Shown here piece after piece: positions 48,323-58,259 of a DNA stretch of 64,000 nt. Under the pieces are notes generated by a model, which was given only the letters and a program-made list of their open reading frames with translations, made no database searches and was not told the DNA's origin. The translations under genes and the position numbers were made by a program. The stretch is from assembly GCA_963803435.1 (NCBI GenBank), contig CAWDML010000010.1:93485-157484 (forward strand). Direction: 5' to 3'. This DNA comes from an uncultured delta proteobacterium (GTDB taxonomy: Bacteria; Myxococcota; Kuafuiibacteriia; Kuafuiibacteriales; Kuafuiibacteriaceae). Within the stretch, counting starts at the first letter, position 1. Each line of letters begins with the position of its first letter.

Positions 48323-48587
48323 CCGCAGGAAGAGTATCGTCGAACCGGCGCTCGGACAAATCAAAGGGGCACGAGGATTCCGCCGGTTCTCGCTACGCTC
48401 CTTCTTCAAGGTACGAGCCGAGTGGACGCTCGTCTGCCTCACCCACAACCTGCTCAAGCTCTACCGATCGAAGCTCGCGACCGTCGCGAGCGTCTGACTC
48501 AAGGCAGCCATCTTCAGATCGGGACCCGGACCGGGACCGGGACCCGGACCGGGGTCGCGTGAGCGCTTACGCGCTACACGCTCCTAG
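48315..48587 (+). mobile_element. IS1182-family transposase C-terminal remnant and right end
   Basis: YARRKSIVEP..GQIK.ARGFRRF.LR...V..EW.L.CLTHNLLKL, then CGGGAC-like tract and ACACGCTCCTAG end. Confidence 0.8.
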
Positions 48588-48739
48588 CGTCCGCCCTGTT
48601 CGGCTCTCCGGAGCCCCCACGTGCTCAACGACAACTACTCCTCCCCGGGCGTGTTGCCTCACGGCTCGATGCTACCAGAGTGCGTCACCGGAATCGCACC
48701 AGACCGATCCCGTACCACGTCGTCGTCGAAGTTCCGGAC

Positions 48740-50194
48740 TCAGGAGCTCTTCGTGGAGGGCTGCAGGTTCGCGAGCACCTGAGAGAGCTCGTGCGCGCGC
48801 GAGACGAGGGCAGCGTGCATCAGGCTGCGATCATCCGTGGTGACGGTGCGCCGGACGAGCTCGCGGAGATCCGTTTGGAGCTGGACCAGATCGTTCGTGA
48901 TGGTGCCACCGCGGGCGAGGCGCGAGATCGCCTCCGCGAGGACGTACGCCTGATAGGCCACGCGGTCGACCTGCGCCGCGAAGTCGAGCAGCGGGGTGAT
49001 GTCCTGGCCGAGGGCTTGCTGAAGCCGATCGCCGAGCTCGCCCAGCGCGCGGCGGCCGGCCTCGGCGTCGATCTGCGGGAAGACGCCGAGGCCTTGGTCG
49101 AGGCTGGGGAACAGGCCGAGCAGGTGCTTCGCCAGGCCGACCGTGTGGCCCTGGTTGAACGGGTAGGCCTCGCGCTCGCCCGTCTCGCGGAAGACGTCAT
49201 CGAGCGCCTTCGTTGCGGCGTCGAGGAGCAGGCGCTCTCCCGGAGAGAGGTTCGAAGAGTAGTGCGCGACCACCCCGCCCGACCGCAGCTCGAGCAGCAT
49301 CCGGCCCAGGTTGCGGGCGCGGGCGCCCACCGTCTCGTCGCCGAGCCGGTCGATCAATCGATCGAGGTCGGCTCCGAAGCCGGTGCGCATGCCCGCGCGC
49401 AGCATATCGAGGATCCCGTCGAGCTTCTGCCCCGGGGTCGAGGCTGTGCCGGCGTTCTCGAGGATCCCGGGCGCGCGCTGCAAACTGGGGAGCAGGCTCG
49501 GGAGCAGCGGGAGGACAGCGAAGGAGGAGGAGTAGGCGAACATCGTCCCGTGCGGAGAAGCGTCGCCAGAGATGCGGGCGAACGTCTCGGCCGCGTCGCG
49601 AAGGGCCGTCGCCTCGCGCGGAGAGAGGTTGGCGCTCTGCGGGCCGTGGCGGATCCCGTCGAGCCACTGCCGGACCACGTAGGTGAACGTCTCCGGGCTC
49701 CGCTCGCGGCCGATCGCGTCGAAGACGCGCGCCAGGTCGGCGTGGAAGTCGGGACGCATCGCAGCGTTGAGCGCTTGCGTCGCCTGCCGGATCTCGGCGC
49801 GCAGCACAGCATCTTCCTTCTGCGCGGGCACGGCCGGCGGCGCTGCCACGCGCGGCTCCTCCACCGCCTCGGACCGCTCCGCCCGCCCCACGGCCTCGCG
49901 CAGGCGCAGGCCGAGCCGCCGCCCCAGATCCATCGGGGTGGTGCTGAGCTCGGAGCTCGCCGCGCGCACCAGCTCGTCCGCCGCTTGGCTGCGGCGAGGT
50001 GCCGGCACCTCGATCAGCCCCTTCACCTCGCGCAGGAGGGCCGCTTGCTCTTCCTGGCTCAGGCCGTTCGAGCGCGAACGACCGAGGAACCGCAAGCTCT
50101 CTTGCGCGGCGGTCGTCGGGTCCTGTCCCTCCTGAACCGCCTTGCCGACGACCATCCGATAGGTCGCGAGCTCGTTCGGGGTGAGCGTGTTCAT
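48740..50194 (-). CDS. hypothetical helical protein with internal ~123-aa duplication
   Basis: MR..F.ADL.R..D..G...S.NLSP.E...L.AA...PSL occurs twice. Confidence 0.7.
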   Translation of the reverse strand: MNTLTPNELATYRMVVGKAVQEGQDPTTAAQESLRFLGRSRSNGLSQEEQAALLREVKGLIEVPAPRRSQAADELVRAASSELSTTPMDLGRRLGLRLREAVGRAERSEAVEEPRVAAPPAVPAQKEDAVLRAEIRQATQALNAAMRPDFHADLARVFDAIGRERSPETFTYVVRQWLDGIRHGPQSANLSPREATALRDAAETFARISGDASPHGTMFAYSSSFAVLPLLPSLLPSLQRAPGILENAGTASTPGQKLDGILDMLRAGMRTGFGADLDRLIDRLGDETVGARARNLGRMLLELRSGGVVAHYSSNLSPGERLLLDAATKALDDVFRETGEREAYPFNQGHTVGLAKHLLGLFPSLDQGLGVFPQIDAEAGRRALGELGDRLQQALGQDITPLLDFAAQVDRVAYQAYVLAEAISRLARGGTITNDLVQLQTDLRELVRRTVTTDDRSLMHAALVSRAHELSQVLANLQPSTKSS

Positions 50195-50571
50195 CGGCGT
50201 CCCTTTCGCTTGCGCGGGGTCGACGGGTTCTGCACCCGCAGGTCGAGCATCGTCGACTGAGAGAAGTACCGATCGAGGAAGCGATCGAACATGGCTGAGT
50301 CGCCGCTCATCTCGAGCAGCATCGGCGGATCGGGGAGCGGTTCATCGAACAGGATCGCGCGCGCCTCCGGCTCGCCGACCAGGAGCGCGACGTGGGATTG
50401 CTGGGGTCGCGCCTCATGGAAGCGCGTCCGCAGCTCGCGCCCGAACTCGGCCTCCCACCAGCGCTCACCCGCCCCGCTCCGCACCCCCACACACAGCGTT
50501 CCCTTCAAGCCCGACGTTCGAGGGTCCCGCTCGACCATCGCGTTCAGCACTTCCAGCAGGTCGAGGGGCAC
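50191..50571 (-). CDS. hypothetical protein, possibly SCP2-like fold
   Basis: Overlaps next gene (ATGA); L.MSGD..MF near C-terminus. Confidence 0.5.
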   Translation of the reverse strand: MPLDLLEVLNAMVERDPRTSGLKGTLCVGVRSGAGERWWEAEFGRELRTRFHEARPQQSHVALLVGEPEARAILFDEPLPDPPMLLEMSGDSAMFDRFLDRYFSQSTMLDLRVQNPSTPRKRKGRR

Positions 50572-50756
50572 TCGTCGATGGTCGCCTGCTCCCTTCGAGG
50601 TGTCACGGGAATTCGATGGACCGGGCGCCTCCCGGGCGTGGGACGCAGCGTGGCCCCGGGTCCACCGGCGGTCCCGGACGCAGCCCGCTTACGCGACGCT
50701 TTCAGGCCACGCCGCGCACAGCGCTCCCAGCCCCAGATCATCGACGATCCTCGGCC

Positions 50757-51077
50757 ATGAGGACGCTCGTGATCTGCGTGACGGCGATGTTCATCGGCCT
50801 GGCGGCGGGTTGTGGCGCCCCAGAGTCGCTGGAGCCCGAGGAGGAGGAGGAGGTCGCGACGGCGCTGGACGCCCTGCGCGCGAACAGCACCGGCTGGCAC
50901 ACCGTCTGTGCCGACTCGCTGACGCTGCGCGCGAACGACGGCCGGGTGCTCTCCATGCGCTGGAACGACAACTTCTACATCGACCACTACGCCGAGGGAG
51001 GCAATCACGCCTGGGGCTGGTGGCTCGGTCCTTACGCGTACGGCTGGGTCTGGAACGGGTGGTTCTGCCAGCGCTGA
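50757..51077 (+). CDS. small lipoprotein with Trp-rich SH3-like domain
   Basis: LAAGC lipobox, acidic linker, VCADSLTLR...WGW...YGWV. Confidence 0.7.
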   Translation: MRTLVICVTAMFIGLAAGCGAPESLEPEEEEEVATALDALRANSTGWHTVCADSLTLRANDGRVLSMRWNDNFYIDHYAEGGNHAWGWWLGPYAYGWVWNGWFCQR

Positions 51078-51126
51078 GGCCGCGTCCGTGCCGCGCAGGA
51101 TCGATGGATCCCGGCGTCGCTGGCTC

Positions 51127-51296
51127 GGCGTCGTGGATCGGATTCAAACGATCCACCGCTTTCACCTCGACGACGACGGAGTCCTCAACTACTTGTACCG
51201 CACCGTTAGAGCGGCGTCTGACGGGCAAACTGGGTGTTGCGCAACTTGAGTTCGTGGCAGAGGGCACTGCTGGTACACCGACTCCAGCAAACGCGG
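51127..51296 (-). pseudogene. GxxExxY (PD-(D/E)XK-like) protein remnant
   Basis: LLESVYQQC and VEDSVVVEVKAVDRLNPIHDA in different frames. Confidence 0.65.
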
Positions 51297-51388
51297 ACTG
51301 TCCGCGGACCGCCCGCGCCGGGTCCGCACGGTCTTGATTCGGCTTCGTTGATTCCAGGCTGCCCGAGCGGCACACTCGACGATCAGAT

Positions 51389-51916
51389 GTGGCGCCATCC
51401 GCTTCTCGCGTCCTGGCTTTGTTGGCATTCGTCGTTATCGCCCCTGAGGGTCCCGCAATGGCCCAGCATGAGACCCGGGCTTGGAAAGAGATGAAGCCTT
51501 GCAAGAGCGGAGGACATGTCTATTTCGCGGGTCAGATCTGGGTGAGCAACGACCTCTCCTTTGCTGCCTCCACCGGCGTGGTCGCGGGCGACCTCCCGAC
51601 CCGCCTCACGATGATCCTGAGCACGCTGATCGTCGCATACTACGGCAACGCGGTTCCCTTCGCCGGCTGGACCTTCGTCATCGCCGGGCTGGTCTCCGCC
51701 GCCGCGTGGACCGTCGCCCCGATCGACCTCGCGACGCCGCTCTCCATCGGGATGATCGGAGGCGCCGTGCTCCTGGTTTTTGGGCAGTGCCTCCTGTCGC
51801 GGTCGAGCGGCGCTCCCGGCGGACGTCGAGAAGCGCGGGAGTTGAGCTCAGGCGTCAACCCATCGAACGAGCCCGAAGCCTTGCCGATGCACTCGTCGCA
51901 GATGCACTACGGATGA
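51389..51916 (+). CDS. hypothetical membrane protein, possibly a fragment
   Basis: Three hydrophobic segments; 5' part doubtful. Confidence 0.35.
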   Translation: MAPSASRVLALLAFVVIAPEGPAMAQHETRAWKEMKPCKSGGHVYFAGQIWVSNDLSFAASTGVVAGDLPTRLTMILSTLIVAYYGNAVPFAGWTFVIAGLVSAAAWTVAPIDLATPLSIGMIGGAVLLVFGQCLLSRSSGAPGGRREARELSSGVNPSNEPEALPMHSSQMHYG

Positions 51917-52932
51917 GCGATCGAGGCTTCAACGTTCCCGAGTGCACGCTGGGAGGCGGCCGGGCGACCCTCAGGCCGCCCCGACGCTAGTTTCTCCGTC
52001 GGTGCCCCGACAGAACGACCTTTCTTCGTCGTGAGAACGATGAAGTCGTAGATCGCCAGGAGATCCTGCGGTGCATGCCCGAGGCGCCTGAGGTCCCGCT
52101 CGACGGCCACCGCCATCCCGAGCGCCTCCTCATACGTGCGACCGAGCGGCTGGTTGTTGAGCTTCAGCCGCGGCGCCGTCGACTTGGCTTGCCGCCGGAA
52201 CGGCACCGGCCGCACCACGATGTGCTGATCCGGGTGGACGAGCGCCAGCGGCGCGGTCACCAGCGGCCAGGTCGGCTTCACCCCGGCCTCGCGGAGCTCC
52301 CCGACGAACGCGTTGAACCGCGTCGCCAGCTCCCCCGTACCATGGAGCAGCTCGTACAGCTTCCTGACGAGGTGGCCCTGGCTCGTCGGCCTGACCTTCT
52401 CCAGCGCCCGCACCTCCTTGCCCACCAGGTCCGTACCGCGCATGACCTCGACGAACCCCAGCCACAACGTCCCGGCCAGCCCCTCCTCGATCAAGCGCTC
52501 CATCCGCTCGCGCGACAGCACCTGCCGCGCCTGTCCGATCGCGGGCTCACGTAGCTTCTTCGTCCTCCGCTTGGCGTCGACGCCCCGAACCTGACCCAGC
52601 CACTTCGGATCCCGGAACTTCTTCGGGTACGTCTCCGCGAAGACCGCGACCTGCCCCTCGATGGTCACCCGCTCCGTACCGTCCGCATCGACCGCCAGCA
52701 CCTGCGAGACGCCCAGCTTCCGGGTCAGCTCGTCGAACCGACCCCCGGCATCCGCCGGCCGATCGACCTCCTCCATCAACCGATCCGCATACCCGTTCGC
52801 GATCGTCCTCAGCCGTCCGTCTTCGAACTGGAACTGAAGGCCGCTGCTCGACGTCCCGGTACGGATGGCAAGGCCCCACGCCGGACGTTTGGTGTGGCGA
52901 AAGAAGGTCGGTTCGATGCGATTCAAGAGCAT
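51907..52932 (-). CDS. hypothetical protein (DUF3553-like N-terminus)
   Basis: FRH.KRP.WGL...FEDG; AAGGAG RBS; long clean ORF. Confidence 0.7.
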   Translation of the reverse strand: MLLNRIEPTFFRHTKRPAWGLAIRTGTSSSGLQFQFEDGRLRTIANGYADRLMEEVDRPADAGGRFDELTRKLGVSQVLAVDADGTERVTIEGQVAVFAETYPKKFRDPKWLGQVRGVDAKRRTKKLREPAIGQARQVLSRERMERLIEEGLAGTLWLGFVEVMRGTDLVGKEVRALEKVRPTSQGHLVRKLYELLHGTGELATRFNAFVGELREAGVKPTWPLVTAPLALVHPDQHIVVRPVPFRRQAKSTAPRLKLNNQPLGRTYEEALGMAVAVERDLRRLGHAPQDLLAIYDFIVLTTKKGRSVGAPTEKLASGRPEGRPAASQRALGNVEASIAHP

Positions 52933-53245
52933 CTCCTTTCAAGAGCTAGATTTTTGGGAAGGATGTGTTCAGCCCACGGGGCTCACGGCCGGAAGCGTTA
53001 GGTCTCTGGTCTCGTGGCGAACAACGTCTCTTGATACTAGCAGTTAACGTGCCAAGTGTCAAGCCGTGTCAACTCAAGTTGCAGAACCTGGTGCAAGGTA
53101 AGTTGCAAAGTGGTGCGGTAGCGAGTGCCCAAGATCGCGCAGGCAGCCCGGGACGGAGACATCGCGCCCTGGCAGACCGAAGCAGTCGCCGGTGTGGGCG
53201 ATGGCCTTCTGTACTCATCGAACTGACACGTGCGAATCTCCACGT

Positions 53246-53665
53246 GTGGACGCCCGCACGGATCAGATCTTTCGCTTCCCGAGCGCAGTGACGCGCGACC
53301 CTGCCGTCGACGCCTGGTTTGAGGCCCACTCGGGTGACCTCGGCGCCATCGCCCGACGTTGGTTCGACGTCATGCGGCGTTGTGGTGACGACCTGCGTGA
53401 GCTGCTCCACGACGGTCACCCGACCGCGTGCGTCGGGAACGCCGCCTTCGCGTACGTGAACGCGTTCACGGCCCACGTCAACGTCGGGTTCTTTCGTGGT
53501 GCCGAGCTCGAAGATCCCACCGGTTTGTTGGAAGGCACCGGCAAGTACATGCGGCACGTCAAGCTCAGACCCGGAGAGGATGTCGATGCGGCGTCTATCA
53601 CCCGCCTCATTCAGGCGGCCTATGCCGACATGCAGCGACGTTCGCGGGCGCCAGAAACGACTTGA
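53246..53665 (+). CDS. DUF1801 domain protein
   Basis: HVNVGFFRGAEL.DP.GLLEGTGK.MRHVKL. Confidence 0.88.
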   Translation: MDARTDQIFRFPSAVTRDPAVDAWFEAHSGDLGAIARRWFDVMRRCGDDLRELLHDGHPTACVGNAAFAYVNAFTAHVNVGFFRGAELEDPTGLLEGTGKYMRHVKLRPGEDVDAASITRLIQAAYADMQRRSRAPETT

Positions 53666-53995
53666 TCGTCGAGCGCCGACCGAGGTCCCGACCATGTGAG
53701 CGGTGCTCCCGCGGCGAGTTCGGTAGGAGCGCCTGCTCGAGGGCGTCCGATTGCCGGACTCCCGCTGAGTGCGAAGCCAGTCTTTGCTGCAATCCTGCGG
53801 GCGAGGTGTGCACGGTCGATGGAGAGATCGTCGTTGCCGTTGGATCCGCTGAATCGATCCTCCGCGCGATCTCGACCCGTTATCCGACCGGGTCTTGATC
53901 CTCGACCTGCCCTCGAAGCATTCGCCTATACACCGGCGACGGGCAATGCAAACAGAGGTCGCCAGGGCTCCGATACTGGACGTAGGATTTGAGAG

Positions 53996-54160
53996 ATGCG
54001 TCATGCGGTGCCCGTCTTTTCGCTTTTCGTCCTCGCGTCGTGGGCGTGCGGGCGCGATGACGACGCTGGGGCGTCGCCAATCTCGTCCGGGCTCGTGGTC
54101 GGCGTCCCTGCGATTGAGCTCGACGGCCAGTACGCAGTTCCCGCCGAGACCAGCGCCAGG
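53996..54160 (+). pseudogene. 5' fragment of a lipoprotein gene cut at the duplication boundary
   Basis: LASWAC lipobox; frame runs into the hypF-derived copy at 54161. Confidence 0.4.
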
Positions 54161-54744
54161 GGAGAAGCCGCGCTCGCCCGTCGGTGACAGCTCCCGGGTG
54201 CAGAGCCCGACGATCACGGAGAGCTCCGGCGCCTCCCGCGGAAGAAGGTCGAGGAAGCGCTCGAGGTCGTGCGGGGGGCTCATCCTGCCTCGGGGCGTCG
54301 CGCCCGCTCAGGATGCACCGGCGCGGGCCCGCGCGCATCATTCGATCGGCAGGCCGGCCAGCCGGCGGAGCAGGCCCTCGACCTCGTCCGGGTCGGCCAC
54401 GTGGTAGTCCGCCAGCGAAGTCGTCGTCCCGTCGCCCACGTGGACGCCCGCGCCGTCCCCTGCAAGCGCGGCAAATGCATCCTCATCGGTCTCGTCGTCG
54501 CCGAGGTAGACGACGAAGGGCTCCTCCGGTCCAGGCGCCCGCAGGACGTCCACGAGCCAGCGCAGCGCGCGGCCCTTGTCCCACTCGACCGCGGGCTCGA
54601 GCTCCAACACCTTCTTGCCCCTCCGCTCGCGCAGGCCGGTCTTGTCTCGGATGGCGCTCACCGCGCGAGCGACCTCGGCCACCACGGCTTCACTCTCCGC
54701 CTGGCGATAGTGCGCTGCGACGGAGTAGCGCTTGCGCTCGATGA
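54161..54744 (+). repeat. copy 2 of duplication; includes an internally deleted hypF 5' fragment (54161-54283)
   Basis: PPHDLERFLDLLP.EAPELSVIV...RELSPTGERGFS as in hypF, with a few substitutions. Confidence 0.9.
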
Positions 54745-55837
54745 CGACACCCGCGAGTCGTCCCACCCGCCGTTCGAGCTCCCGCCCGGCGCTCGCCACC
54801 TCCTCGAGCGCTTCGTCGGCCTCGGGCAGCGTCCGGTGCCGGCCCCTCCCGGCCGTGTCGAAGCCGTGATTGCCGGCGTAGAAGAGGCCGCTGAGACCGA
54901 CCCGAGCCGCGACGTCCTCGCGGTCGCGTCCACTGATGATCCCGACCGGCCAGCGCAAGGCGAGCGCCTCGAGCGCCGAGCGCATGTCCGGCGACATCCA
55001 CGCGTCCCCAGGATGTGCGACGATCGGCGCCAGCGTGCCGTCGTAGTCGAGGAAGATCGCGAGCGGGCGGCGTCCTCGCCGCGAGGACAGCTCCTCCAGT
55101 CGATCCAGCGCATTCGGGAGGCGGCGCAAGAAGCGGACCCGGTTCACGTCGGTCGTCACCACATGGGCGCCGGCATCCGAGAGGTCTCGGGCGTGGGGCC
55201 CGCGCGCGACACCCACCACCAACCCGAAGCCGTCGCGTCGCCCCGCCCGAACTCCGGTGGTGGAGTCCTCCAGGATCACCGCGTCGGCGGGCTCGACGCC
55301 GAGCCGGCGGGCCGCCTCGAGCATGATCTCCGACTTTCCCGTGAGCTTCAGCTCGCCGGCGAGCTGCCCGTCGACGATCGTGTCGAAGCGCTCTTCCAGG
55401 CCGACCGATCGCAACACATGACGGCAGTTGCGGCTCGACGAGACGGCGGCGACCTCGAGCCCTCCGCGCCGCCAGCGCTCCACCGCCGCGACGGCGTCCC
55501 GGAAGACCTCGGCCCCCTCGCTCTGCAGCAGCTCGAGAAAGAAGGCGTTCTTGCGGTTTCCCAGCCCACAGATGGTCGGCTCCTCGGGGCCGTCGTCGGG
55601 CTGTCCTCGCGGAAGATCGAGGCTGCGCGAGGCCAAGAAGTCTGCGACGCCGACATAGCGCGGCTTGCCGTCGACGTACGCCCGATAGTCCGCGCTCGAG
55701 AAGGGCCGTTGCCCCGGGTACCGCCGCAGAAGCTCGTCGAACGTGCGCTTCCACGCGCGCTCGTGGAGCGTGGCCGTGCGCGTGAGGACGCCGTCCATGT
55801 CGGAGATGACCGCTTCGAAGGGATGATCACGCTTCAT
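54338..55837 (-). CDS. otsB: HAD (beta-PGM-like) + trehalose-6-phosphate phosphatase fusion
   Basis: DMDGVL...DGKPRY.GV; second HAD FLDYDGTL, SGR, AGNHG, DKG.A, YLGDD.TDEDAF. Confidence 0.85.
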   Translation of the reverse strand: MKRDHPFEAVISDMDGVLTRTATLHERAWKRTFDELLRRYPGQRPFSSADYRAYVDGKPRYVGVADFLASRSLDLPRGQPDDGPEEPTICGLGNRKNAFFLELLQSEGAEVFRDAVAAVERWRRGGLEVAAVSSSRNCRHVLRSVGLEERFDTIVDGQLAGELKLTGKSEIMLEAARRLGVEPADAVILEDSTTGVRAGRRDGFGLVVGVARGPHARDLSDAGAHVVTTDVNRVRFLRRLPNALDRLEELSSRRGRRPLAIFLDYDGTLAPIVAHPGDAWMSPDMRSALEALALRWPVGIISGRDREDVAARVGLSGLFYAGNHGFDTAGRGRHRTLPEADEALEEVASAGRELERRVGRLAGVVIERKRYSVAAHYRQAESEAVVAEVARAVSAIRDKTGLRERRGKKVLELEPAVEWDKGRALRWLVDVLRAPGPEEPFVVYLGDDETDEDAFAALAGDGAGVHVGDGTTTSLADYHVADPDEVEGLLRRLAGLPIE

Positions 55838-58259
55838 TGGGATCCTTCAGCCTGAAGCTCAGCTCCTGGCCCTGGGCCATCTCGTACACCTCACCGTTGA
55901 AGCCGATGCACGCCGGGCCCGACCAGCCGCTCTCGAAGGCGACATGCATCGTGTCGTGGGTGATGTTTAGACCGAGCCAGTGTCCGCGATAACGCACCGT
56001 GAGCTTCAGCCCCGCGAGGCCCTGAGGAAGCCGCGGGTTGAGCCAGAGCACCTGGTGGCGCATCTCGATGCCCGTGTAACAGCGCTGGATCAGATCCACG
56101 GTTCCGCCCATGGCTCCCAGGTGGATGCCTTCGGGCGTGGTGCCGCCCTGGACGTCGTCGATGTCGCTCGCGAGGGCCTCGCGGAACAGGTGAAAAGAGC
56201 GCTTGCGATCGGACCGGGCCAGCACCCAGGCGTGGACGATCTGGCTCAGGGTCGAGCCGTGCGAGGTCCGCCCGAGGTAGTACTGCACGTTGTCCGGGAT
56301 CTGACGCGGATCGAAGTCGTAGCCCAGCCTCTCGAAGATCTCGCGCAGCTCCTCGGCCGAGAAGAGGAAGACCAGCATGAGGACGTCCGCTTGCTTGGCC
56401 GCCTGGTAGCGATTCGGGTCGTCGCCCTCTGCCTCGAGGATCCGATCGACGCGCTGGATGTCGCCGTAGCTCCGTCTCAGCCGCTCCCAGTCCAGCTCTT
56501 CGAGCGCATCCCAGCCCTCGAATTGACTGATGATGCCTCCCGGTTGGAACGGTACGAACATCCTCCGGCTCATCTCGTCCCAGCGCTTCCGGTCAGCTTC
56601 CGAGATTTGCAGGGTCGCGAGCAGCTCGTCGCGGCGATCCTCTGAGAGCAGATCGAGCGCCACGCCGGCGGTCTGGAGCGTCCAGACCGCCATCACGTTC
56701 GTGTACGCGTTGTTGTCGATCCCTCGGGCGTCGCTTCCGGGATATCGCGTGTGGAACTCGTCCGGCCCGACGACGCCTCGGATGACGTAGCGCTCGCGGT
56801 CAGGATCGAACGTCGCGATGCTGTCCCAGAACCGCGCGATCTCGAGCAGCATCTCGGCGCCGTAGAAGGACAGGAACTCCATGTCGTCGGTGGCCTGGAA
56901 GTACTGCCACGCGTTGTAGGCGATGGCCGCGTTCACATGGCGCTGCCGGTGGGTGTCGTCCGGGATCCAGCGCTTGGACTTCGGGTTGAGGTGGAGAATC
57001 TGGCTCTCCTCTCGACCGTCGCTCCCGCTCTGCCAGGGGAACATGGCCCCGCGGTAGCCGGCCTGTTTGGCGGCGTTCCGGGCCTCGTCGAGCCGATGGT
57101 AGCGGTACAGGAGCAGCGATCGCGTCAGCTCCGGGATGCGCAGGTTCAGGAAGGGAAAGATGAAGAGCTCGTCCCAGAAAATGTGGCCGCGGTAGGCCTC
57201 ACCATGGAGACCGCGCGCCGGGATACCGACATCGCGACCGATCGTGTTCATCGACGCGGTCTGAAGGATGTGGAACAGATGCAACCGCAAGACCAGCTGC
57301 GCGTAGGGATCCTCTTGTCCCACGAGCTCGACATCGGCGCGGTGCCACAACCTTCCCCAGGCGAGCCGCTGGCGTCCGAGCAGCTCGGAAAAGTCCGGGA
57401 TGCGAGTGATCTGCTTGCACGCCTCGAGGCAAGGTTCGCTGATCGCGAGGTCGCGCGAGCTGTACAGCGCCAGCACCTTCTCGACGCGGAGGGCTTGCAT
57501 GCGCTCGCAGTGCACCGTCACCGTCTGTCCGATCCATCTCTCTCGCGCCTCGGTGCGCCGTGCACCCGTGACCCGCTGTCCCGCCAGCGTCACGCGGCTG
57601 CGCACGGCCTGCCCCATGGCGAGGTGTGATTGGCGCGTCCGCGACGAGAGAAAGATCGCGTCCTCCGCGGGGCTCCCGCAGTCGAGGATCTCCAGGTGGT
57701 CGCCGGCGAGCTCGCGATAACGAGCGACACCGCAGTTGTGGACTCGGCCGTCGATCGCGGAGCAGATCTCGATTGTACCGGACCAGTTGAGCGGCGTGAG
57801 CACCCACTCGATGGCGGCGACGTGCTCGTTCTCCATGTGGACCAGTCGCCGGCTTGCGAGCTCGAGCTCTCGGCCCGACCGATCTCGAAGATGGACTCGC
57901 CTCGAGAGAACGCCGTCGCGAAGCTGCAGCCGCTGCTCGTAGGCGAGGATGATCGCTCCCTCCGAGCCGAACCACTCGCCCCCCTCGCAGCGAAACGTGA
58001 TCGGTAGCCAGTTTGGCCAGTTCACCAGGTCCTCGTTCTCGATGATCCTTCCCTCGATCTCGCTCTCGAGTCGGTCGTAGCCACCCGCGAGGTACGTGCC
58101 CGGATAGTGAGGCCCACCCGCGCTCGCCTCCTCGGCGGCACCTCGGGTCGCGAAGTGCCCGTTGCCCAGCGTCGTCAGGGTCTCTCGGAGCGGTTGCGCC
58201 GCCGGATCCCAGCCGACGTAGCATAGCTCCCACTCGCTGATCCGGCGCGCGTCGCTCAT
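55827..58259 (-). CDS. glycoside hydrolase family 65 (trehalose/trehalose-6-P phosphorylase-like)
   Basis: LGNG..ATRG, ARGLHGEAYRGHIFWDE, GPDEFH, KQADV, HGSTLS, GIHLGAM. Confidence 0.92.
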   Translation of the reverse strand: MSDARRISEWELCYVGWDPAAQPLRETLTTLGNGHFATRGAAEEASAGGPHYPGTYLAGGYDRLESEIEGRIIENEDLVNWPNWLPITFRCEGGEWFGSEGAIILAYEQRLQLRDGVLSRRVHLRDRSGRELELASRRLVHMENEHVAAIEWVLTPLNWSGTIEICSAIDGRVHNCGVARYRELAGDHLEILDCGSPAEDAIFLSSRTRQSHLAMGQAVRSRVTLAGQRVTGARRTEARERWIGQTVTVHCERMQALRVEKVLALYSSRDLAISEPCLEACKQITRIPDFSELLGRQRLAWGRLWHRADVELVGQEDPYAQLVLRLHLFHILQTASMNTIGRDVGIPARGLHGEAYRGHIFWDELFIFPFLNLRIPELTRSLLLYRYHRLDEARNAAKQAGYRGAMFPWQSGSDGREESQILHLNPKSKRWIPDDTHRQRHVNAAIAYNAWQYFQATDDMEFLSFYGAEMLLEIARFWDSIATFDPDRERYVIRGVVGPDEFHTRYPGSDARGIDNNAYTNVMAVWTLQTAGVALDLLSEDRRDELLATLQISEADRKRWDEMSRRMFVPFQPGGIISQFEGWDALEELDWERLRRSYGDIQRVDRILEAEGDDPNRYQAAKQADVLMLVFLFSAEELREIFERLGYDFDPRQIPDNVQYYLGRTSHGSTLSQIVHAWVLARSDRKRSFHLFREALASDIDDVQGGTTPEGIHLGAMGGTVDLIQRCYTGIEMRHQVLWLNPRLPQGLAGLKLTVRYRGHWLGLNITHDTMHVAFESGWSGPACIGFNGEVYEMAQGQELSFRLKDPNEA

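Noticed and set aside
53690-53898. Cys-rich reading frame downstream of DUF1801
   Set aside because: No credible start; at best a remnant, not supportable as a gene.
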